22,174 bases of DNA from contig PLCF01000004.1 of assembly GCA_003135555.1 (NCBI GenBank), positions 13,011-35,184 of the forward strand, written 5' to 3'. This document shows positions 15,462-22,174 of this stretch, one piece after another. The notes under the pieces are model-generated. The model was given only the letters and a program-made list of their open reading frames with translations. It had not been told where the DNA came from and did not search any database. Positions within the stretch are counted from its first letter, which is position 1. Each line of letters begins with the position of its first letter. Position numbers and translations under genes: made by a program. Source of the DNA: Vulcanimicrobiota bacterium. Lineage in GTDB: Bacteria; Vulcanimicrobiota; Vulcanimicrobiia; Vulcanimicrobiales; Vulcanimicrobiaceae.

Positions 15462-17645
15462 GTGCAGCCGCTGCCCTCGGCCCATCGTACCCTTGGCGCG
15501 TCGTCGTCTTCGCCGACGCCGGCGCCGGCCGACGTCGCCTTCGAGCGTGCACCGTTCGGGATCTCGCTGGTGAGCGCGCGCCCCGAGTCGCACGGGCGAT
15601 ACGTGCTCGCCAACCCGGCGTTTTGCGAGATCACCGGCTATTCCACCGACCAGCTCGGCTCCGTCATGTTCGGGGACCTGTGCCATCCCGACGATCTCGA
15701 GACGGCGGCCGAGATGTTCGGCCGGCTGAAATCGGGCGCGGTCGAGGAGACCGACGCCGAGCTGCGCGTCCGGCGGCGCGACGGTTCGTCGATTTGGGTG
15801 CGCCAACACCGCACGGTGATCGAGGACGAGGCCGGTGAGCCGCTGTTCTACCTGTGTCATACCGAGGACGTCTCTGAGCGCCGGGCCGTCGAGGCCGCCA
15901 TCAACGTCGCTCGTGGCATCGCCGACGATGCGCTGCGCGAGAGCGAAGAGCGCTACCGCCTGCTCGCTGACTACGCCGCCGACATGATCGTTTGCGCGCG
16001 GGCGGACCGCACCCGTTCGTACGTCTCGCCGTCGTGCCTACGGATGCTCGGGTACACGCCGGCGGAGATGATGGAGCTCGATTTCTCGACGTTCCTGCAC
16101 CCGGACGACAAGCAACGCGTCACGGCCGACTACGGCCAACTCGTCCAGCGCGGCGGTGCCGTGACGCATACCTATCGGCTGCGGCACAAGGACGGCGGCT
16201 ACGTTTGGGTCGAGGCGCACTGGGTGGCAACCCTGGTCGCGCCGTTCGCCGACGGCACGGGCCTGGCCAACACCGTCATCGTCTCGGTCGTCCGCGACAT
16301 CTCGGAACGGAAGGCGGCCGAAAGCAAGATCGCATCGATGGCTTGCCATGACGCGCTGACCGGCCTGCCGAACAGGGTACTGCTGCGCGAGCGGCTCGAG
16401 GAAGCGCGCCTGTTCGTCGAGGCCGGCGGGTCCGCCGCGGTTCTGTCGGTCGACCTCGACAACTTCAAGGCCGTCAACGACACGCTCGGACATGCGATCG
16501 GGGACGCACTGCTTCAAGGCGTGGCGGAGCGGCTGCTGCGCTGCGTGCGCCAAGACGATACCGTCGCGCGGCTCGGCGGCGACGAGTTCGTCGTCGTGCT
16601 GCTCGGATTGGAGAATCCCGAGGAAGCGGCGCAGCGCGGGCAGACCATCGTCGACGTCGTCAGCGAGCCGTACGAGCTCATGGGTCATCAGCTCCTCGTC
16701 GGTGCCAGCGTGGGTATCACCACGTCGCCGCGGGACGGTATTTTGCCGGACCAGTTGCTCAAGAATGCCGACTTCGCGCTCTACCGCGCGAAAGCCGAGG
16801 GGCGGCGAGCGTACCGGCTGTTCGAGCCGAGCATGGCCGTGGACCGCCAGACGAGGCTGGAGACCGAAGGTCAATTGCGCGCCGCGCTTGCCGACGAGTC
16901 GTTCAGGATTTTCTATCAGCCGATCGTCAACGTGACGTCGGGCGCGATCGTGGGCCTCGAGGCGCTGGTTCGCTGGCAGCACCCGCAGCGCGGCCTGGTC
17001 TATCCCGACGAGTTCATTTCAATCGCCGAAGACACGGGGATGATCGTACGGCTCGGGGAGTGGGTATTGCGCGGGGCCTGCCGCCACGCGGCGCAGTGGC
17101 CGGCGACGATCCGGCTCTCAGTGAACGTCTCGCCGATTCAATTTCGGGCGCCCCGGTTCGTCCAAACGGTCTGCGACGCGCTCGACGCGTCGGGTCTCTC
17201 AGCCGACCGGCTCGATCTGGAGATCACGGAGTCGGTGCTCTTGCAAGAGTCTGCCGGAACGCTCGCGGTGCTCAACGAGCTGCGCGAGCTGGGTGTCGGC
17301 ATCTCGTTGGACGATTTCGGCACCGGCTATTCGTCGCTGGGGTACCTGCGCAGCTTCCGCTTCGACCGCATCAAGATCGACCGGTCGTTCGTCGGCGATC
17401 TGCTCCAACGTGCGGAATCCGAGGCGATCGTACGAGCCGTGGTCGGGATCGGCAACGCGTTGGGGATCGCGACGGTGGCGGAGGGCGTGGAGACGCGCGG
17501 GCAGTTGCGCCGGCTGCGGGCGCACGGATGTTCCGAAGCGCAGGGATACCTCTTTAGCAAAGCCAGACCGGCCGGCGAGATCACGGCGCTGCTGGCCGCA
17601 TCGCCCGGCCGCAATTGGGGCGCGAGCACCCGGATCTCCGCGTAG
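15462..17645 (+). CDS. PAS-PAS-GGDEF-EAL c-di-GMP signalling protein
   Basis: Two PAS/PAC repeats (ANPAFCEITGY...HPDD; SPS...LGY...HPDD...RDISERK), HDALTGLPNR, RQDD I-site, GGDEF, EAL, EITE, DDFGTGYSS, KIDRSF, EGVE, QGYLF. The exact start is uncertain. Confidence 0.95.
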   Translation: MQPLPSAHRTLGASSSSPTPAPADVAFERAPFGISLVSARPESHGRYVLANPAFCEITGYSTDQLGSVMFGDLCHPDDLETAAEMFGRLKSGAVEETDAELRVRRRDGSSIWVRQHRTVIEDEAGEPLFYLCHTEDVSERRAVEAAINVARGIADDALRESEERYRLLADYAADMIVCARADRTRSYVSPSCLRMLGYTPAEMMELDFSTFLHPDDKQRVTADYGQLVQRGGAVTHTYRLRHKDGGYVWVEAHWVATLVAPFADGTGLANTVIVSVVRDISERKAAESKIASMACHDALTGLPNRVLLRERLEEARLFVEAGGSAAVLSVDLDNFKAVNDTLGHAIGDALLQGVAERLLRCVRQDDTVARLGGDEFVVVLLGLENPEEAAQRGQTIVDVVSEPYELMGHQLLVGASVGITTSPRDGILPDQLLKNADFALYRAKAEGRRAYRLFEPSMAVDRQTRLETEGQLRAALADESFRIFYQPIVNVTSGAIVGLEALVRWQHPQRGLVYPDEFISIAEDTGMIVRLGEWVLRGACRHAAQWPATIRLSVNVSPIQFRAPRFVQTVCDALDASGLSADRLDLEITESVLLQESAGTLAVLNELRELGVGISLDDFGTGYSSLGYLRSFRFDRIKIDRSFVGDLLQRAESEAIVRAVVGIGNALGIATVAEGVETRGQLRRLRAHGCSEAQGYLFSKARPAGEITALLAASPGRNWGASTRISA

Positions 17646-17725
17646 CGGCCGGCGGCTGCGACCGGACAAGCCGCCGCAAGCGCGAACTCCGGCCCGATGC
17701 CGAGTCGAAGCAAGGCGCTCCTGCC

Positions 17726-18913
17726 GTGACCGCCCCTCCGGTCACCGCGGGGCTAGAGTTGACCCCGGATCAACGTGCGCTGCGCGCCGCGGTGCGCGCG
17801 CTGTGCGCGTCGTTCGACGACGCGTATTGGCGTGCACTCGACGCCGAGCGTGCGTATCCGGACGCCTTCATCGCCGCCCTGACCGATGCCGGCTACCTCG
17901 CAGCGCTCATCCCCGAGCAATACGACGGCGCCGGGCTAGGGCTGAGCGAGGCCTGCATCATCCTCGAAGAGGTGAACCGCAGCGGCGGCAACGCCGCCGC
18001 CTGCCACGCGCAGATGTACATCATGGGCACCGTGCTGCGCCACGGCAGCGAGGAGCAGAAGCGCCGCTTCTTGCCGCCGATCGCGCGCGGCGAGCTGCGG
18101 CTCCAAGCCTTCGGCGTTACCGAACCCAATGCCGGGAGCGACACCACGAAGATCGCGACCACGGCGGTGCGTCGCGGCGACCGCTACGTGGTAAACGGGC
18201 AAAAAGTGTGGACTTCGCGCGTGCAGCACAGCGATCTGATGCTGCTGCTCGTACGCACCGCACCGCCGTCCGACGACCCGAAGGCGAAGACGTTGGGGCT
18301 CTCGACGCTGCTGGTCGATCTGCGCGCGGCAGCGCCCGGGATGCTCGAAGTACGTCCGATCCGCACCATGATGAACCACGAGACCAATGAGGTGTTCATC
18401 CACGATCTCGAGGTACCGGTCGAGAACCTGGTGGGAGAAGAAGGGCAGGGCTTCCGCTACATCCTCGACGGCATGAACGCCGAGCGCATCCTGATCGCGG
18501 CCGAATGCGTCGGGGACGGCACGTTCTTCATCGAGCGAGCCGTGAAGTACGTGGGCGAACGCGTCGTCTTCGGCCGGCCGATCGGCCGGAATCAAGGCGT
18601 CCAGTTTCCGATCGCGCGGGCGCACGCCGCGATCGTCGCGGCGGACTTGGTGCGAAAGCAGGCCGCCGTGCTCTTCGACGCAGGCCGTTCGTGCGGCGCA
18701 GAGGCCAACACCGCCAAGCTGCTTGCGTCCGAAGCGTCGTGGCAGGCCGCAAATGCCGCGATGGACGCGCACGGCGGCTTCGGCTTCGCCGAGGAATACG
18801 ACATCGAACGCAAGTTCCGCGAGACGCGTCTGTACATCACGGCGCCGGTCGCCAACAACTTGATCCTCTCGTACATCGGTCAGCACGTGCTGGGAATGCC
18901 CCGGTCGTTCTGA
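17726..18913 (+). CDS. Acyl-CoA dehydrogenase family protein
   Basis: IPEQYDGAG, HGSEEQK, FGVTEPNAGSD, VNGQKVWTS, ERVVFGRPIG, HGGFGFAEEYDIER. Probable GTG start at 17726. Confidence 0.93.
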   Translation: MTAPPVTAGLELTPDQRALRAAVRALCASFDDAYWRALDAERAYPDAFIAALTDAGYLAALIPEQYDGAGLGLSEACIILEEVNRSGGNAAACHAQMYIMGTVLRHGSEEQKRRFLPPIARGELRLQAFGVTEPNAGSDTTKIATTAVRRGDRYVVNGQKVWTSRVQHSDLMLLLVRTAPPSDDPKAKTLGLSTLLVDLRAAAPGMLEVRPIRTMMNHETNEVFIHDLEVPVENLVGEEGQGFRYILDGMNAERILIAAECVGDGTFFIERAVKYVGERVVFGRPIGRNQGVQFPIARAHAAIVAADLVRKQAAVLFDAGRSCGAEANTAKLLASEASWQAANAAMDAHGGFGFAEEYDIERKFRETRLYITAPVANNLILSYIGQHVLGMPRSF

Positions 18914-18946
18914 CGAAGCACCACCGCCGAAACGAGGTAGTACGCA

Positions 18947-19222
18947 GTGTGTAGGAACATCAAGACGCTTTTCAACTTCGATCCGCCCGTCACCGCGAGC
19001 GAGATCGAGGCAGCGTCGCTGCAGTTCGTGCGAAAGATCAGCGGCTTCACCAAGCCGTCAAAGGCTAACGAGGAGGCGTTCTTGGCTGCCGTCGATGAGG
19101 TAGCCGGCGTCGCGACGCGGCTGCTGCGTTCGCTCGAGACGAACGCCTCGCCGAAGAATCGAGCCGAAGAGGCCGCGAAGGCGAACGCGCGCGCCGCGGC
19201 GCGCTTCGGTACGCCGGCGTAG
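18947..19222 (+). CDS. DUF2277-like small protein
   Basis: MCRNIKTLFNFDPP...ASLQFVRKISGF..PSKANE is the N-terminal signature I recall for this family. GAGG lies upstream of the GTG start. Confidence 0.85.
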   Translation: MCRNIKTLFNFDPPVTASEIEAASLQFVRKISGFTKPSKANEEAFLAAVDEVAGVATRLLRSLETNASPKNRAEEAAKANARAAARFGTPA

Positions 19223-19238
19223 ATTTTCGGGCCCGGGG

Positions 19239-19265
19239 TAAACTCGGGCCGGGCGGGGCCGATAA
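19239..19265 (+). promoter_or_regulatory. Sigma28 (FliA/SigD-type) promoter
   Basis: TAAA (19239-19242), a 15-nt spacer and GCCGATAA (19258-19265) give an exact match to the TAAA-N15-GCCGATAA consensus. It is intergenic and about 40 bp upstream of the next gene. Confidence 0.8.
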
Positions 19266-19305
19266 CCTGGAGGCCGGGCTTTCCAACAAGAGAGAGGTTT
19301 TGAGC

Positions 19306-19968
19306 TTGAACAGCTCCTTTTCGCTCGGCTCCATCCGCGCTCGGGCTACGAAGATCTTCGTGTGGGTCGTCTGGGCGCACGTGCTCCTGGCCGGCGGGGT
19401 GGCGCTGCTGGCCCGCAACTCGTGGCGCGAGCCGATGGCTATGGCCGCGATTGTGGCGCTCGTCGCCACGCTAGCGGCGTGGAAGCTCCGCGACGGCCTC
19501 ACCTTGCGCTCGATCGTCGCGGTCTGCCTTACGTTCGGTCCGATCGTGTTCGTCTACGCCGGGCGCGGGCATTTCAGCGGCATCGCCGGCAACGGCGATT
19601 GGCAGATCGACTACCACATGTACTTCTTCGGCGTGTTCGCGATGCTCAGCGCGTACGTCGATTGGCGTCCCATCGCGGTTTCGGCGGCGCTTACCGCCGC
19701 CCACCACTTGATCCTGGACCTCGTCGTACCCGCGAACGTCTTCCCTGAGGAAGGCATCGACCGTGTCGCGCTGCACGCCATTGCCGTGGTGATCGAGTGC
19801 GGCGTTCTGTTCTGGCTGACGGCCTCAATCGCTGCGCTGTTCGCGCGGCTCGAAGACTTGGTCGACTTCACGTCCCGCGCGACGGCCGAGGCGCTCACCC
19901 GCGATCAGGAGACGATCTCAGCCCTGGAAGCCCAGCTCAACCAGCACCTCGCGGGCGCCAAGTCGTAG
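19306..19968 (+). CDS. Multi-pass membrane protein resembling the N-terminal membrane sensor module of some chemoreceptors, with no output domain
   Basis: About six hydrophobic segments with WQIDYHMYFF, YVDWRPI, AAHHL and RVALHA, then a short helical tail and stop. TTG 19306 is 8 nt after GAGAGG (the ORF track used TTG 19300). Confidence 0.75.
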   Translation: MNSSFSLGSIRARATKIFVWVVWAHVLLAGGVALLARNSWREPMAMAAIVALVATLAAWKLRDGLTLRSIVAVCLTFGPIVFVYAGRGHFSGIAGNGDWQIDYHMYFFGVFAMLSAYVDWRPIAVSAALTAAHHLILDLVVPANVFPEEGIDRVALHAIAVVIECGVLFWLTASIAALFARLEDLVDFTSRATAEALTRDQETISALEAQLNQHLAGAKS

Positions 19969-19970
19969 CC

Positions 19971-20186
19971 GTGGCCGGCGTCGTCCTGGTGTTCCCGTCG
20001 AATTCGGGCACGATGATCGCGACCAAGGCGCTGCGCGATTCCGGTGTGGCTGCAACGATCATCCCGACGCCGGCGAGCACGCAGTCCACGTCCAACCTGA
20101 GCCTGCGGATCGACCCGGCGGCGGAACCCCAGGCCGTCGCCGCCCTCGAGGCCGCAAAGGTCAGCCTGAGCGGCGTCTACCGCTAG
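19971..20186 (+). CDS. DUF3343-like small protein (putative Se/S-carrier-like fold), 71 aa
   Basis: GTG start 2 bp after the upstream stop. VLVFPSNSGTMIATKALRDSGV..IIPTP.......LSLRI follows the DUF3343 pattern as I recall it (F.S...A....K.L......iP.P......CG.alr). Confidence 0.6.
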   Translation: MAGVVLVFPSNSGTMIATKALRDSGVAATIIPTPASTQSTSNLSLRIDPAAEPQAVAALEAAKVSLSGVYR

Positions 20187-20228
20187 CGCCAGGCGGGATC
20201 GGTCGCGGGGCCCATGCAAAGGGCGGGC

Positions 20229-20831
20229 ATGAGACGCGCCGCGCCGCTGCTCTGCCTGCTCGCCGTCGCCGCGGCACCGGCCTACGGGCAAGAGAGTACG
20301 ACGAGGATTCGCGGCACGATCGTGAGCCTCGAAGGCAACCTGCTCACGGTGGCGACGGCCGCTGAGAATCGCCGGGTGACACTGTCGGACGGCTTTCGCG
20401 TCGTCACCGTGGTAAAGTCCGACCTGTCCAAGATCGGTCCGGGCACCTATGTCGGCAGCGCCGCGATCCTGCAGCCCGACGGCACGCTGCGTGCGCGAGA
20501 GGTCCACATCTTTCCCGAGGCGATGCGCGGCACCGGCGAGGGCCATCGCCCGTACGATCTGGGCCCGCAAAGCACGATGACCAACGGAACCGTCGATGCC
20601 AGCGGCCCGGTCGAAAGCGTCGGCGGGCAGGTCCTCACGCTCAAGTACAAGGACGGCGAGAAGAAGATCGTTGTCTCCAAGGACACGCCGGTCGTGCTCT
20701 ACGAGCTGGGCGACGCCAAGGCGCTCGTCCCCGGGGCGCACGTCTACATCATCGCGCAGCGGGCTGCCGATGGCGGCCTCTCGACCGCCCGCGTCACCGT
20801 CGGAAAGAACGGCCTGGCGCTCCCGATGTAG
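20229..20831 (+). CDS. Secreted beta-rich protein with two OB-fold-like repeats (DUF5666-like)
   Basis: Signal peptide MRRAAPLLCLLAVAAAPAYG; RIRGTIVSLEG, EVHIFPEAMRGTGEGHRPYDL, STMTNGTV, LTLKYKDGEKKIVV. Start at ATG 20229 or 20214. Confidence 0.7.
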   Translation: MRRAAPLLCLLAVAAAPAYGQESTTRIRGTIVSLEGNLLTVATAAENRRVTLSDGFRVVTVVKSDLSKIGPGTYVGSAAILQPDGTLRAREVHIFPEAMRGTGEGHRPYDLGPQSTMTNGTVDASGPVESVGGQVLTLKYKDGEKKIVVSKDTPVVLYELGDAKALVPGAHVYIIAQRAADGGLSTARVTVGKNGLALPM

Positions 20832-20971
20832 CACGCCGGGCGGCGGCCCCAGCTCGGGGCCGGTGGCGCCGACACCGATTTGTTACCGCGGAGCGGGATG
20901 ATCGTCCCAGAGCGTCCCTGGTGGCGCTGCATCCAATCACCGCACCTCTGAGGCGGTGAGGAAACGGTCAA

Positions 20972-22174
20972 ATGCTCTCCGTTGGGACACCGCCGAGCCG
21001 CTCGCGTCAAGGTTTCAGGCAGCTATCGCTGCGGCATGGCTTGCTCGCGTTCATGGTCGTGGTCTGTCTGCTGGCGATTTTGGCGACCGCAAAAGAGATT
21101 TGGAGCAACCGGGCTACGGACGTCCACGCCTCAACGTTGCAGACGACCAACCTGGTCCAGTCCCTCTCGCAGCAGGCTACCGATAGCTTTCAGACGATCG
21201 ACGGCGTGCTGATCGACCTCGTCGATCGAGCCCAGACCGACGGGACCGGGCCGAAGCAGCGGCGGCGCCTGCAAGACCTGATGGTCGAGCACATTGCACA
21301 GCTACGCGTGCTTCACAATCTCTTCATCGTCGACGCCGCCGGCAACGGCGTGGTCAACGCCATTCCGGGGCTGAAGAATGCGAACTACCGAGACCGGCCG
21401 TACTTCATCTACCATCGAACCCACGCCGACCGCACCACCCACATCGGACACACCGTGCGCAGCCGGACAGACGGGAGTTGGATCATCACCGTTACGCGGC
21501 GCGTGAATCACCGCGACGGCAGCTTCGCCGGAGTTGCGATGGCAACCATCTCGGGGAACTACTTCCTCCATCTCTACGAACAGGTCGACATCGGACGGCT
21601 CGGCAGCATCACGCTCGCACTCGCCGACGGCACCGTTCTGATGCGCAAGCCGTTCGAGAAAGCGAACATCGGAAAGAGCCTTGCGAAGGCGTCGTTCTTT
21701 CGACTGATGCTGCCGCGGTCGCCGGTGGGAAGCTACCAAAACCGCTCCGTCATCGACGGCGTCTCGCGGCTGTTTGCTTATCAACGGGTGAGTCAGTATC
21801 CGCTGCTAGTCGTGGTCGGCGTGGCGGAAGACGAGGCCCTGGCTGCATGGCGCATCCAAACCTTGATCAACCTGGCCGAACTCGTCGGCATGATCGCCAT
21901 CGTCGGGATCCTCGGCAGATACCTGGCGAGACAGATCGACAAGCGCGAGGCCGCTGAGGCGCAACTGGAGCGACTCGTCTTGATCGACGGTCTCACCGGG
22001 CTTGGGAATCGCTATCAATTTGACGCCGTGTTCGACCGGGAGTGGCGGCGCGCCGTGCGGGCCGGCACGTCTCTGGCCTTTCTCATGATCGACGCCGACG
22101 CGTTCAAGGGCTACAACGATCACTACGGGCATCAAGCCGGCGACGGCGTTCTCAAGAGCATCGCCGGATGCATC
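20972..22174 (+). CDS. Membrane sensor diguanylate cyclase (TM-Cache-TM-GGDEF); 3' end outside window
   Basis: Frame +2 is open from ATG 20972 (GAGG RBS upstream) to the window end. TM1 is GLLAFMVVVCLLAILATA, Cache-like motifs include NYRDRPYF and GSFAGVAMA, TM2 follows, then DGLTGLGNR...LMIDADAFKGYNDHYGHQAGDGVL. Absent from the ORF track because no stop codon falls in the window; the GGDEF motif itself lies beyond the edge. Confidence 0.9.
   Translation, partial: MLSVGTPPSRSRQGFRQLSLRHGLLAFMVVVCLLAILATAKEIWSNRATDVHASTLQTTNLVQSLSQQATDSFQTIDGVLIDLVDRAQTDGTGPKQRRRLQDLMVEHIAQLRVLHNLFIVDAAGNGVVNAIPGLKNANYRDRPYFIYHRTHADRTTHIGHTVRSRTDGSWIITVTRRVNHRDGSFAGVAMATISGNYFLHLYEQVDIGRLGSITLALADGTVLMRKPFEKANIGKSLAKASFFRLMLPRSPVGSYQNRSVIDGVSRLFAYQRVSQYPLLVVVGVAEDEALAAWRIQTLINLAELVGMIAIVGILGRYLARQIDKREAAEAQLERLVLIDGLTGLGNRYQFDAVFDREWRRAVRAGTSLAFLMIDADAFKGYNDHYGHQAGDGVLKSIAGCI

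Noticed and set aside
17650..17676. GC hairpin after the GGDEF-EAL gene as an intrinsic terminator (also those at about 19230-19250 and 20844-20862)
   Set aside because: None has a 3' U-tract, and such hairpins are common at this GC content. The 19230-19250 one overlaps the sigma28 promoter.
20832..20990. 6S RNA, or c-di-GMP, glycine or SAM riboswitch in the intergenic region
   Set aside because: The structured part is only about 85 nt, overlaps the start codon and lacks the conserved cores I recall. It is kept only as an unclassified leader candidate.
1..22174. CRISPR arrays, tRNA/rRNA genes (including selC), IS elements, integrases or prophage genes
   Set aside because: No regularly spaced repeats, cloverleaf-like sequence or mobile-element proteins were seen, and the intergenic gaps are short.

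Overview
GC-rich bacterial chromosomal window, densely coding, with about 24 genes. I found no rRNA, tRNA, CRISPR array or mobile element. Contents in order: end of an NADP-dependent oxidoreductase and an SDR (+); a minus-strand unit of ThDP enzyme, NitT/TauT-type ABC transporter and DUF2721-like membrane protein; FAH-family hydrolase, ketopantoate-reductase-family protein and DyP peroxidase (+); split transketolase with a coupled 80-aa orphan (-); glutamine synthetase; a membrane-anchored TIR protein; a peroxiredoxin-like gene plus a D-2-hydroxyacid dehydrogenase (-); PAS-PAS-GGDEF-EAL; acyl-CoA dehydrogenase; DUF2277-like protein; a stand-alone membrane sensor module; DUF3343-like protein; a secreted DUF5666-like protein; and a Cache-GGDEF diguanylate cyclase that runs off the end and is missing from the ORF track. 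The most notable observation is that the peroxiredoxin-like gene (15378..14845) has an in-frame TGA at the expected catalytic Cys position, followed by a bacterial SECIS-like hairpin. It is therefore a likely selenoprotein, with an unusual UxxF motif, that the ORF caller truncated. Also notable are an exact sigma28 consensus promoter upstream of an output-less chemoreceptor-type membrane domain, a receptor-like TIR protein, and an RBS-sequestering leader on the diguanylate cyclase. All family assignments come from motif recognition by eye; no database searches were run.
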